A DNA stretch of 64,000 nt. Origin: Minisyncoccota bacterium. Its GTDB lineage: Bacteria > Patescibacteriota > Minisyncoccia > Phycocordibacterales > UBA9973. Position numbers and translations under genes: made by a program. Shown here one piece after another: positions 55,002 through 64,000 of this stretch (positions are counted from its first letter, which is position 1; each line of letters starts with the position of its first letter). The stretch lies in assembly GCA_041662525.1 (NCBI GenBank), contig JBAZSF010000001.1, positions 105,383-169,382 of the forward strand. Direction: 5' to 3'. Below the pieces are notes generated by a model. That model did no database searches. It was not told the origin of the DNA and was given only the letters and a program-made list of their open reading frames with translations.

Positions 55002-56078
55002 ATGGAAAATGAAGAAATAAAAGAAAATTTAGTTTTAAGCTCGATAGTAGATAGAAGCACAAATAAACCAGAAATTGATTCTCTGGTAGAAGGTCCAGTA
55101 ATTTTGATAGAAAAATCTTCCGTATATTTAGACCTAGCACCCTTTGGTATAGGTATTATTTATGGCCGAGAATTTATCAATGCAAAAGATGTCATAAACA
55201 ATATTAGTCTAGGTGATATCATCAAAGCAAAAATTGTTGAAACAGAAAACGAAGATGGTTATACCGAACTTTCCTTAAAAGAAGCTAGACAAGCTCTCGC
55301 TTGGAGTGAAGCTGAGAAAGCAATCAAAGCAAAAACAATTTTAAATTTAGAAGTAAAAGATGCGAACAAAGGAGGCCTCATCTTGGAATGGCAAGGTATC
55401 CAAGGATTTCTCCCTGCTTCACAACTCAAATCTGATCATTATCCTCGAGTATTAGATTCAGACAAAGATAAGATATTAAAGGAACTAAAAAAACTTATTG
55501 GGGAACACATTTCTGTGATGATTATTTCCACCCTTCCAAAAGAAGGAAAATTAATCTTTTCTGAAAAAGACAATAATCCTGAAGAGAAAAAGGAAATTTT
55601 AAGCAAATATAATGTTGGTGACAATCTAGATTGTACTGTTGCAGGCATAGTTGATTTTGGAATATTCTTGAAACTAGAAGACGGATTGGAAGGGCTTGTT
55701 CATATTTCTGAGCTTGATTGGGGATTAGTAGAAGACCCAAGAAATATTTTTAAAGTTGGAGATAAAATAAAAGCTAAAGTAATTGAAATAAAAGATGGAA
55801 AAATATCTCTTTCCGTTAAAGCCCTCAAAGAAAATCCATGGAAAGAATTTGAAGGAAAATTAAAGAAAGGAGATATCATCAAAGGTGTAGTCATCAAATA
55901 CAATAAACACGGAGCTCTCGTATCTATCAAAGAAGGTGTGGCTGGACTTGTACACAATTCCACCTTCGCTTCTGAAGCAAAGCTTCGCGAGAAATTAGAG
56001 CTTGGAAAGAATTATAATTTCCAGATCACTTTGTTTGAACCAAAAGATCAAAAGATGACATTGATACATTTGGAATAA
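55002..56078 (+). CDS. rpsA: 30S ribosomal protein S1, short 4xS1-domain form (track ORF 54753-56078 starts too early, overlapping the divergent MBL gene)
   Basis: From 'MENEEIKEN': four S1 OB repeats ('GDIIKAKIVE', 'LNLEVKDANKGGLILEW', 'NLDCTVAGIVDFGIFLKLEDGLEGLVHISEL', 'GDIIKGVVIKYNKHGALVSIKEGVAGLVH'). Confidence 0.75.
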   Translation: MENEEIKENLVLSSIVDRSTNKPEIDSLVEGPVILIEKSSVYLDLAPFGIGIIYGREFINAKDVINNISLGDIIKAKIVETENEDGYTELSLKEARQALAWSEAEKAIKAKTILNLEVKDANKGGLILEWQGIQGFLPASQLKSDHYPRVLDSDKDKILKELKKLIGEHISVMIISTLPKEGKLIFSEKDNNPEEKKEILSKYNVGDNLDCTVAGIVDFGIFLKLEDGLEGLVHISELDWGLVEDPRNIFKVGDKIKAKVIEIKDGKISLSVKALKENPWKEFEGKLKKGDIIKGVVIKYNKHGALVSIKEGVAGLVHNSTFASEAKLREKLELGKNYNFQITLFEPKDQKMTLIHLE

Positions 56079-56100
56079 ATAAACTAAACAAAAAAAATCC

Positions 56101-56132
56101 CGCATAATGCGGGATTTTTTTTGTTTATGTAG
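56101..56132. terminator. Bidirectional rho-independent terminator (aaaaaaatcccgcat-aa-tgcgggatttttttt)
   Basis: Perfect 10-bp GC-containing stem flanked by A-run and T-run. Confidence 0.7.
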
Positions 56133-56727
56133 TTGAATTTTTAGGAGTCACCGCCAAGTCTGTGTCTACCTCTCCAATGTTATCCATAATAGATATTACC
56201 TGTTCTGCATATTTAGGAATAATAGAAGGTGGATTGTAGGCATGGAGAATTCCTTTAGTGGTTTTATCATCATAATGTTTTGCTGTCTTTGGATTATTCC
56301 CGCCCAAATTTCTAGCTACAGTTTCGATAGCGCCATCAATTGACTTAAAGCCTATCTTGCATGAACCCCAGCCGAAAGGATTATTTTTTACTCTTTTACA
56401 AGCAAATTTCCCTCCAGTGGATTCTCGCACAGCAATAGCTGGCAACAAACGCCAGTCAAGGTCGTTCTTTTCCGCCTCTTCTACCATTTTCATACCAGTT
56501 CCTTTAAGTGGCATACCGCGTTCAGAAAAATATGCATCAATAGCATCAGCCTTTGATTTTAGAGTTTGGTCAATTTGCTGATCATCTACTGGGGCAATAA
56601 ATGAAACTTGTGGTTGATTTACCACATTAAGACCAGTATTCGGAAAAGTTCCGAAAGGGGTCATCATTGTCATTATTGGTAAAATAATAAACGACTCCAC
56701 GAACCTTATTGTTTTTGTTTTTTTCAT
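56125..56727 (-). CDS. Secreted peptidoglycan hydrolase, glucosaminidase (FlgJ/muramidase-like) domain
   Basis: Signal peptide, 'LLPAIAVRESTGGKFACKRVKNNPFGWGSCKIGF' resembling the glucosaminidase 'ESgwG.S.la...NN.FGik' motif. Confidence 0.5.
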   Translation of the reverse strand: MKKTKTIRFVESFIILPIMTMMTPFGTFPNTGLNVVNQPQVSFIAPVDDQQIDQTLKSKADAIDAYFSERGMPLKGTGMKMVEEAEKNDLDWRLLPAIAVRESTGGKFACKRVKNNPFGWGSCKIGFKSIDGAIETVARNLGGNNPKTAKHYDDKTTKGILHAYNPPSIIPKYAEQVISIMDNIGEVDTDLAVTPKNSTT

Positions 56728-56974
56728 AATAAGCGGTTATGCTCCGCCAAACCAAAAACTGTGTAAAAACTAAAAAACCCTTACATAATAAGCTTTCGCC
56801 TATACTGTAAGGATGTACTAAAATAGTATCATATTTAATTACAAAAGTCAATAGTTATACAACATTTTTACTATATGTCAAACTAAAAAAAGCTTGTAAA
56901 ATAAGGTTATTTTAACACATACCTATTGACAACTGAGACTAAAAATAGAATAATAATGAGCTTGGGGATAAATC

Positions 56975-58318
56975 CTAAACAAGTTTAAATACTTCTTCAG
57001 CTACCTTATATGCTTCCCCTGCTCCCATCGTTATAAATACGTCTTTTTCACCTAATTTTAGATTCCTAACATAGTCTTCAGCTGTCTCGAAATCTTTAAA
57101 AGCAGTGGCTTCCCCTTTATGATTCCTTATGGCAGTAGCTAATTTATCACTGGAGATATCTGGATCAGGATTTTCACGAGCAAAAAAGATTGGTAATAGA
57201 AAAACATTATCCGCATCATCAAAACAAGTCACAAATTCATCAAAAAGAGCTTTGGTTCGGCTATACAGATGTGGCTGAAAAAGAACAGTAATATTTTTAT
57301 CTCCTTTTGGGTAAAGTTCTCGCAAAGCTTCTAGGCTTGCTTTTACTTCAGTCGGATGATGAGCATAGTCATCATAAACAATAGCCCCCTCTTTGGTAAC
57401 TCCTTTTTTCTCCAATCTACGCCAAGTGCCAGAAAATTCACTCAGTGCTTTTTGAGCAACTTCTTCTTCGATATTTAAAATATCAGCCACAGCCATAGCA
57501 CAAGCAGCATCCATTCGGTTATGAACTCCAGGCACAGAAAGCTGTGGAACTTTTTCTAAATATTCTAAATAATTCACAACTTTTGCTCTGTATTTCTCCT
57601 TTGATTCTTTTTTTAATATATTAGAAGTCGCAACATCGCTCAAATTGCAAACTATAAAATCATCAGTCTGCATTGCCATATCTCTAAAAGCGGATTCTAT
57701 GTCAGCTAGGTCTTTGTAATAATCCAAATGATCTGCCTCTATGTTCGTAATAACTAAAATTTTTGGCTTTATGTTTAAAAAAGATCTTTCATATTCGCAA
57801 GCTTCAACCACAAAATACTCACTTTTACCAACTATTAAATTTGATTTAGATTCTTTTAATAAAGAACCGACAATTACAGAGGGATCTTTATTTGCTTCAA
57901 TTAAAACCTTGCCAATCATCGCCGTAGTCGTGGTCTTGCCGTGGGTGCCAGAGACTGCAATAGTATATTTATTTGCTGTTACAATCCCCAAAGTTTCTGG
58001 ATAACTTAACATCTGAATATTTGAGTTTTGTAATTTTTTAAAAAATTCTGGGTCATATTTAGTAATTGAAATAGAATAAATAACTAGCTCAATATCTTTT
58101 GGAATCAATTCCATCGCTTGTCCTAACACTATTTTTGCCCCAAGCTTTTCTAGCTCGTCAGTTATTCCACTCATAGAAATATCGGACCCAAAAACCTCTT
58201 TCCCCTCGAGGAGCATCATTCGAGCAATAGCGGAGATACCGATCCCCCCAATTCCGACAAAGAAAACTTTTTTAATTTTTGATAAATCTAGATTCACCAT
58301 TAAGCTAATATACCACAA
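56975..58318 (-). CDS. murC: UDP-N-acetylmuramate--L-alanine ligase
   Basis: 'VFFVGIGGIGISAIARMM', 'VSGTHGKTTTTAMI', 447 aa. Confidence 0.9.
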   Translation of the reverse strand: MWYISLMVNLDLSKIKKVFFVGIGGIGISAIARMMLLEGKEVFGSDISMSGITDELEKLGAKIVLGQAMELIPKDIELVIYSISITKYDPEFFKKLQNSNIQMLSYPETLGIVTANKYTIAVSGTHGKTTTTAMIGKVLIEANKDPSVIVGSLLKESKSNLIVGKSEYFVVEACEYERSFLNIKPKILVITNIEADHLDYYKDLADIESAFRDMAMQTDDFIVCNLSDVATSNILKKESKEKYRAKVVNYLEYLEKVPQLSVPGVHNRMDAACAMAVADILNIEEEVAQKALSEFSGTWRRLEKKGVTKEGAIVYDDYAHHPTEVKASLEALRELYPKGDKNITVLFQPHLYSRTKALFDEFVTCFDDADNVFLLPIFFARENPDPDISSDKLATAIRNHKGEATAFKDFETAEDYVRNLKLGEKDVFITMGAGEAYKVAEEVFKLV

Positions 58319-58343
58319 AGACTTAATATGCTAAACTACAGAA

Positions 58344-59180
58344 ATGAAAATTGGAATTTTTGATTCAGGATTGGGAGGACTTATTATCACTCAAGCTATC
58401 CGTAAAACAATGCCCGAATATGACTATGTATATTTCGGGGATACGAAAAGATTACCTTATGGAAATAAATCACACGAAGCAATATATGAATTCACAGAAA
58501 ACGCTGTGAATTATCTTTTTCGTAAAGAAAATTGCGCTATTGTAATAATCGCTTGTAATACAGCTTCTGCTAGAGCCTTACGAGAATTACAACAGAAATA
58601 TTTACCCGCCTTGAATCGCATTGGGCGAGGCAGGCCGAAAAATTTTAAAGACAGGAAAATACTTGGGGTTTTAATTCCAACCGCTGAAATAGCTTCAAAT
58701 TATAAAAAAGTTGGTATATTAGCAACGTTGGGCACAGTAGCTTCAAACACTTGGGTAGAAGAAATAAAAAAAATAAATAATCAAACAAAAGTTTTCCAAA
58801 ACCCTGCACCAATGCTCGTACCACTTATAGAAGCAGGAGAAAATACAATGACAAAACCATTTCTTTTAAAATATCTAAGACCTTTGAAAAATAAAAAATT
58901 AAATGCGCTAGTTTTAGGATGTACTCACTACCCTATCTTAAAAAATGAAATAAGAAAAATTATTTCTAAAGATATAAAAATAATTTCTCAAGATGAAATA
59001 GTTCCTAAAAAGTTAAAAGAATACATGGAAAGGCATCCAGAAATTACTGATAAGTTATCAAAAAATAAAACTATGAAAATATTAGTTACTGATCAGACAC
59101 AAAATATAAATATAATGGTCAAGAAATGGTTCGGCAAAACCAAAATAAATGTTATTTCAGACTCTTCACTATCTTTGTGA
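58344..59180 (+). CDS. murI: Glutamate racemase
   Basis: 'IGIFDSGLGGLII', 'DYVYFGDTKRLPYGNKS', 'IACNTASA', 'LGCTHYP'. Confidence 0.9.
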   Translation: MKIGIFDSGLGGLIITQAIRKTMPEYDYVYFGDTKRLPYGNKSHEAIYEFTENAVNYLFRKENCAIVIIACNTASARALRELQQKYLPALNRIGRGRPKNFKDRKILGVLIPTAEIASNYKKVGILATLGTVASNTWVEEIKKINNQTKVFQNPAPMLVPLIEAGENTMTKPFLLKYLRPLKNKKLNALVLGCTHYPILKNEIRKIISKDIKIISQDEIVPKKLKEYMERHPEITDKLSKNKTMKILVTDQTQNINIMVKKWFGKTKINVISDSSLSL

Positions 59181-60543
59181 ACTTATCTCCTCTGTCATAT
59201 TCATTAGAAAAATATTTTCCAAAAGAAGAAAATGCTGGACTGTATAAAATAGTTTCCCCTTTTTTTGCCACAGAAAATGCTCTTTTGACAGTATTAGAAA
59301 GACCTTCCTCTTCATAAACATCAAGCCCTTTTTTCTTAAATTCAAATACTTTTGCGCGGATAAGATCAGTACCTCTTTCTTTAAACAAAACAACTTTAGA
59401 GCAAAATTTAGGAATTTCAAGAAGCAATTTAGACATATCTAAGAATTTTTTATCACCTCCAATTATTAAAACCACATTGCGTTTCTTTGTATTACCTACT
59501 GCTTGCAACGCTGCAATAGTAGCCTCGGGAGTTGTCGAACTGTTATCATTATAAATTTTTATTCCATTTATGTTACGTAAAAATTCAAGTCTACCTGATA
59601 AAGGAGCAAAGGTTGTTAAAGATTTTTTTATTTTTATATCTGATATAGATAATGCTCTAGCAACTTCGACTGCAAGTTCTGCATTATATTCATTGTGAGC
59701 CCCGGGCAAATTGAATTTCCAACGCTTATTTTTTAATTTGGACAGTCTTTCTTCTGGAACAATTATTTTACTTTTTATCTTTTCTTTATTTTCTTTTTGC
59801 CATTTTTTAATAAAAAATAATGCTTGCTTACCAATAATCAATATGTCTTCTTTTTTTTGATATTTAAAAATATTAGCTTTATCTGAAAAATATTTCTTCA
59901 TCGCTTTGCCTGTGGTGAGCGTAGCCGAACCATAGTAATTCATATGATCTCCAAAAAAAGTGGTAAAAACAGAAATATTGGGAGAAATTTTACCATCACC
60001 AAATCCTTGAAGTTGCCACGAATCTAATTCTAGGACTGCCACTTCTTTATTCTTTACTTGTTTTAATAGTTGAAGATTGGAAACACCTCGCACGTTTCCT
60101 CCTAAAATAACTTTTTTACCAACAAATTCAAGAATATGCGCAATCATATGTGTCACCGAAGATTTTCCACGTGTTCCAGTTACAGCTATTATCGGAACAC
60201 CAGCAAGTTTAGAAAAAAGTGATGCACTCATTTCAATTGGAATTTTATTTTTTACAGCTTCTTTTACATAGATTGAATCAAGTGATACTCCCGCAGCTTT
60301 CAAAATAAAATCACAATTTCTAAAATCTTCTAATCTGTGTTCACCCAAAACATATTCTATATCTTTAAATTTTTTTAATTTATTTAAAGATTCTTTTAAT
60401 TGTTCTTCGGTTTTTAAATCTGTAATAGTTAGTTTCGCTCCACATTCTGCCAAAAACATAGCATCCCCAACCCCTCTTCCAAGCAAACCAAGCCCCATCA
60501 CAGTTACCCTCTTATCTTTAAAAATTTCTTTATAATTAACCAT
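59152..60543 (-). CDS. murD: UDP-N-acetylmuramoylalanine--D-glutamate ligase
   Basis: 'VTVMGLGLLGRGV', 'AVTGTRGKSSVTHMI', 463 aa. Confidence 0.88.
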   Translation of the reverse strand: MVNYKEIFKDKRVTVMGLGLLGRGVGDAMFLAECGAKLTITDLKTEEQLKESLNKLKKFKDIEYVLGEHRLEDFRNCDFILKAAGVSLDSIYVKEAVKNKIPIEMSASLFSKLAGVPIIAVTGTRGKSSVTHMIAHILEFVGKKVILGGNVRGVSNLQLLKQVKNKEVAVLELDSWQLQGFGDGKISPNISVFTTFFGDHMNYYGSATLTTGKAMKKYFSDKANIFKYQKKEDILIIGKQALFFIKKWQKENKEKIKSKIIVPEERLSKLKNKRWKFNLPGAHNEYNAELAVEVARALSISDIKIKKSLTTFAPLSGRLEFLRNINGIKIYNDNSSTTPEATIAALQAVGNTKKRNVVLIIGGDKKFLDMSKLLLEIPKFCSKVVLFKERGTDLIRAKVFEFKKKGLDVYEEEGLSNTVKRAFSVAKKGETILYSPAFSSFGKYFSNEYDRGDKFTKIVKSLK

Positions 60544-60563
60544 AAAACCATACTATCACAAAA

Positions 60564-61811
60564 TCACAAAAAAGCTTTTTGAAATTCTTCCATATCATTA
60601 AAATGATGTTTTATGCCTTTTATTTCTTGATAATCTTCGTGTCCTTTGCCGGCGCAAAGAATTATGTCTCCTTTTTGCGCTATTTTAACTGCTTCTAATA
60701 TCGCTTCATGACGGCTGGTAATAGCTTTTACTTTTTTCAAAACTTCAATAGACAAACCTTCTTTCATTTGATCAATAATTTTATCTGGGTCTTCACTTCG
60801 AGGATTATCTGAAGTAAAGATTGCAAAATCAGAAAAAGTCGCGCCAATATGACCCATGATTTTTCTTTTCATAGGATCTCTATCTCCTCCACAACCAAAA
60901 ACAGAAATTATTTTACTATTTTCTTTTTTTATCTCTTTGATAGCCATCAAGATTTTTTCTAAAGCATCTGGGGTATGAGCATAATCCACAATAACTAAAA
61001 CTCCATTAGAAGACATAAAATGTTCAAAACGTCCACGAGGAGGCTCAATATTTTCTAAAATATTTTTTACTTTGTCCATATCAAAGCCAAGTAATTCACA
61101 AGCGCTCCAGACTGCGAGTAAATTATAAGCATTGAACTTGCCGAGAAGTTTTGAATTAACTTCTATGCCATTAAAATTCAAAACTAATCCTGAAAAATCA
61201 AGCCTAATAATTTCGGCATGAAAATCCTCTCCACCATTAAACCCATAAGACACTCTTCCTGTTTTAATTTCTTCAAGCATTTTTCCACCGTATTCATCAT
61301 CCGTATTAGAAAGCGCGAAAGCATGCAAAGGAAGCATTTTAAAGAATTTCTTTTTCGCTCCAAAATAATTCTCAAAATTTTTATGATAATCCAAGTGATC
61401 ATGTGTAAGATTCGTAAAAATTCCTCCAGTAAAATTTATTCCCGCCACTCGATTTTGATCCAGGGCATGCGAACTCACTTCCATAAAAACATATTCGCAA
61501 CCCTTCTCCATCATTTCATTTAATAATTTATACAGATTTATAGGGTCAGGTGTTGTACCTGGAACTGGTCTACCCTCTTTTGTAAGAACCACTTCTCCAT
61601 TTATTATATTTTCTACAGTGCTTATAAGACCAGCTTTATACCCAAGACCTATCGCAATTTTATAAAGAAGTGTAGCTGTCGTTGTTTTTCCGTTTGTCCC
61701 TGTCACCCCGACAATTTTGATTTTTTTTGATGGATTGCCAAAAAAATGCATCCCAGCCAACAACACGATCCCTCGTCTTTTGAGTTTAAGATTTTTAATT
61801 ATTTTTTGCAT
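60564..61811 (-). CDS. murE: UDP-MurNAc-tripeptide ligase MurE (DNPR motif suggests meso-DAP adding), N-terminally short (415 aa)
   Basis: 'VGVTGTNGKTTTATLL', C-terminal 'FTSDNPRSEDP' (DNPR signature). Confidence 0.8.
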   Translation of the reverse strand: MQKIIKNLKLKRRGIVLLAGMHFFGNPSKKIKIVGVTGTNGKTTTATLLYKIAIGLGYKAGLISTVENIINGEVVLTKEGRPVPGTTPDPINLYKLLNEMMEKGCEYVFMEVSSHALDQNRVAGINFTGGIFTNLTHDHLDYHKNFENYFGAKKKFFKMLPLHAFALSNTDDEYGGKMLEEIKTGRVSYGFNGGEDFHAEIIRLDFSGLVLNFNGIEVNSKLLGKFNAYNLLAVWSACELLGFDMDKVKNILENIEPPRGRFEHFMSSNGVLVIVDYAHTPDALEKILMAIKEIKKENSKIISVFGCGGDRDPMKRKIMGHIGATFSDFAIFTSDNPRSEDPDKIIDQMKEGLSIEVLKKVKAITSRHEAILEAVKIAQKGDIILCAGKGHEDYQEIKGIKHHFNDMEEFQKAFL

Positions 61812-62043
61812 TGGGCTTTATTAAAATTTCTTGTTCTACTTTTTTAAATCTTTCTATTTCTTTTCCGTCTAAAATAATACTTTCCAAAAACATATGTTTG
61901 GGTCTAACCCAAATACCGCCATCTTCTAAATGCATATAAATAACTAAATGATCTTGAGTCTCGCTATCTTTAGCTTCAAAAAGAACCTTTACCTTAGTCC
62001 CTTTATAATGTTTATAAATTTCTCCGATTTCTAAACTTTTCAT
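61795..62043 (-). CDS. DUF1653-like small protein
   Basis: 'GEIYKHYKGTKVKVLFEAKDSETQDHLVIYMHLEDGGIWVRPKHMF' matches the remembered DUF1653 pattern 'YRHYKG..Y.V...A.hsEt.E..VvY...W.RP..mF'. Confidence 0.5.
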   Translation of the reverse strand: MKSLEIGEIYKHYKGTKVKVLFEAKDSETQDHLVIYMHLEDGGIWVRPKHMFLESIILDGKEIERFKKVEQEILIKPNAKNN

Positions 62044-62056
62044 TTTTTTAAATTTT

Positions 62057-62419
62057 CTAAATTAGATTTTCACTTTTTTTATTTTCTCTTGGAAGAATAT
62101 TATAATGTTTATTTATATATAAAAGATCACTCATAACTTTACGGATAGATGTAAGTTGTAATTCTCGCATTTCAGAAGTTACATTTTCATTTTTTATAGT
62201 TTCTTCAAAAAAACGTAAAATACTTGTAAGGGTTGTTGTGTAATCTCCGGCCTCTAAATGAAAAATTAGACTCTTGTGATCAGAGGCTTGCTCTAATTCA
62301 AGAGAGTATACGTTGGCTGACCCATCTTTTATAAGCAAATATTTAGAGAGATTTACACCATGTGATTGATTTTCCATATTTTTTAATTGTATATTAGACC
62401 CTTCGTTTTCTATGTGCAT
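62057..62419 (-). CDS. Hypothetical protein
   Basis: 120 aa, no motif. Confidence 0.3.
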   Translation of the reverse strand: MHIENEGSNIQLKNMENQSHGVNLSKYLLIKDGSANVYSLELEQASDHKSLIFHLEAGDYTTTLTSILRFFEETIKNENVTSEMRELQLTSIRKVMSDLLYINKHYNILPRENKKSENLI

Positions 62420-62442
62420 AACTTTTGTTTAATAAATATATT

Positions 62443-63999
62443 TTAATTCACCAAAGATTTTCTATGCTGAGGTGCGTTGATCATTCCACATTTCTTCCAT
62501 TTATAGCATTCACCTGTAGCTGGATTGATCGCTCCACAAGGACAAGGATCATTTCTTCCAATCCCTGTTCCATTTACAGATAAATCCTTTTCCCCTGCCT
62601 GCGCAGACAGACCTCCAAATTCACCTAGTTCTTCCTGACTAGTAATTAAAGTTTGTTTTGATGTATTTTCTTCTGCTTTTATATTTACAACGTTATCGGT
62701 GTTTATGTTATTTATAAGTGAAAAAACCTGCTCTTTAAAAGCTTCTTCCATTTCTTTAAACATCGCTAAGCCATCTTTTTTGTATTCTACGATAGGTTCA
62801 CGTTGCCCATAAGCTCGCAAATTCACCGATGAACGCAAATAATCCATCGCCTCCAAATGTTCCATCCAAAGCATATCATTTGCGTAAAAAGCAATCCTTC
62901 TAGCAGTTTCAAAAAATGCCTCGTCGCCAAGTTTCGTTCTTTTTTCTTCTAAAATTTTATCGAAACCTTCTCTGGTCACTGATATATTTTTGAGCAAAAC
63001 TTCAATTTCTGTTTTATCTGCTCGTAACATTTTTTGTCTTCTTTCGTAAATTATCTTGCGTTGATGGTTCATCACATCGTCATATTCAAGAGTATTTTTT
63101 CTTGCATCAAAATGGAAACCTTCAATTTTAGCTTGGGCTCCTTCTAAGGTCTTACTAATAAAACGATTTTCTATCGGCTGGTCCTCTGCTATACCGAAAC
63201 GCCCCATCATTGTTTTAATTTTTTCTGAACCGAACACTCGCATTAAATCATCGTCTAGTGAAACATAAAATTGTGTAGCACCCGGATCACCCTGTCTACC
63301 AGCACGTCCCCTTAGCTGGTTATCAATTCTTCTTGCTTCATGTCTCTCTGTCCCTAAAACGAAAAGCCCTCCAACACTTTTTACAAATTCATATTCTTCT
63401 GCAACTTGTGGATTACCTCCGAGTTTAATATCTATTCCGCGTCCAGCCATATTTGTAGCGATAGTCACTGCTCCCCTGCGACCCGCTTGAGCAATTATTT
63501 CACCTTCTTTCTCATGATTCTTTGCATTCAAAATCGTGTGTTGCACACCTTCTTGTTTTAAATACATAGAAAGCAATTCATTTTTCTCGATAGAAATAGT
63601 ACCGATCAGCACAGGCTCTCCTTTTGAATTTAATTCTTTTACTTTTCTGGCAATTGCTTGAAATTTACCTTTTTCTGTTTGAAAAATTAAATCACTATGA
63701 TCCATACGAACAACAGGACTATTTGTAGGAATCACAATAACATCTAGTCCGTAAACTTTTAAAAATTCTTCAGCTGAAGTTGCTGCTGTACCAGTCATAC
63801 CGGAAAGCTTTTTATAAAATCTAAAATAATTTTGAAAAGTAATAGAACCAGATGAGCGAGTTTCTTTTTCAATCTTTACGCCTTCTTTTGCTTCGATTGC
63901 TTGATGAATACCTTCACTCCAACGCCTACCTGGCTGTAGACGTCCAGTAAAAGGGTCCACGATGATGACTTCTCCTTCTTTCACGACATAATCCTTGTC
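62443..63999 (-). CDS. secA: Protein translocase ATPase SecA, C-terminal ~520 aa (N-terminus lies beyond the window end)
   Basis: 'GMTGTAATSAEEF', 'TNMAGRGIDIKLGG', helical scaffold/wing, C-terminal zinc-binding 'CPCGAINPATGECYKWKKCG'. ORF remains open to position 64000. Confidence 0.9.
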   Translation of the reverse strand, partial: DKDYVVKEGEVIIVDPFTGRLQPGRRWSEGIHQAIEAKEGVKIEKETRSSGSITFQNYFRFYKKLSGMTGTAATSAEEFLKVYGLDVIVIPTNSPVVRMDHSDLIFQTEKGKFQAIARKVKELNSKGEPVLIGTISIEKNELLSMYLKQEGVQHTILNAKNHEKEGEIIAQAGRRGAVTIATNMAGRGIDIKLGGNPQVAEEYEFVKSVGGLFVLGTERHEARRIDNQLRGRAGRQGDPGATQFYVSLDDDLMRVFGSEKIKTMMGRFGIAEDQPIENRFISKTLEGAQAKIEGFHFDARKNTLEYDDVMNHQRKIIYERRQKMLRADKTEIEVLLKNISVTREGFDKILEEKRTKLGDEAFFETARRIAFYANDMLWMEHLEAMDYLRSSVNLRAYGQREPIVEYKKDGLAMFKEMEEAFKEQVFSLINNINTDNVVNIKAEENTSKQTLITSQEELGEFGGLSAQAGEKDLSVNGTGIGRNDPCPCGAINPATGECYKWKKCGMINAPQHRKSLVN

Positions 64000-64000
64000 A

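Noticed and set aside
56927-56960. TTGACA-N17-AATAAT promoter-like sequence on the plus strand
   Set aside because: It points antisense into murC with no downstream plus-strand gene. It could be an antisense or cryptic promoter, but AT-rich DNA yields such matches by chance.
1-64000. CRISPR arrays, rRNA genes, transposases, integrases or prophage blocks
   Set aside because: No regularly spaced direct repeats, no rRNA-like conserved stretches, and no ORF with DDE/tyrosine-recombinase motifs were seen; only short dispersed palindromic/MITE-like repeats.

Overview
AT-rich (about one-third GC by eye) 64-kb window that reads like a streamlined Patescibacteria/CPR-type chromosome. It uses standard stop codons (long ORFs intact under table 11) and several core proteins are shorter than in model bacteria.

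Most of the window is housekeeping: dnaB (3' end), recR, rplU, cysS, part of the alpha ribosomal operon (rpsM-rpsK-rpsD-rpoA-rplQ plus rpmJ and infA), rplM-rpsI, alaS, mnmA, typA, clpB, infB-rbfA, gyrA, rpsA, murC/murI/murD/murE, secA (partial), a two-component system and five tRNAs.

The stand-out is the grpE-dnaK-dnaJ chaperone locus (5.6-17.7 kb). On the same strand and with near-zero gaps it is interleaved with two paralogous soluble TrwB/VirD4-like P-loop ATPases and three paralogous ~570-aa cysteine-rich proteins. These have an internally duplicated zinc-ribbon architecture and I cannot place them in any known family. A PaaX-like regulator is divergently embedded among them. This is the best candidate for an undescribed system.

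Other notable items:
- a tandem cluster of five VirB2/TrbC-like pilin-type small membrane proteins (47.2-49.7 kb) with a duplicated 5' leader element;
- GC-rich palindromic mini-elements inserted in-frame in mnmA and in a cysteine desulfurase gene, plus a 45-bp perfect palindrome between two Cys-rich paralogs;
- a shared ~70-bp palindromic promoter/operator module upstream of clpB and of a pilM/ftsA-like operon;
- tRNA-Tyr with duplicated 3'-end fragments;
- a ~50-bp repeat present as an inverted pair 16.5 kb apart;
- a catalytically dead HtrA-like protease;
- a GC-rich SPFH/NfeD-like islet beside a tRNA cluster.

No CRISPR array, rRNA, transposase or integrase was recognised.
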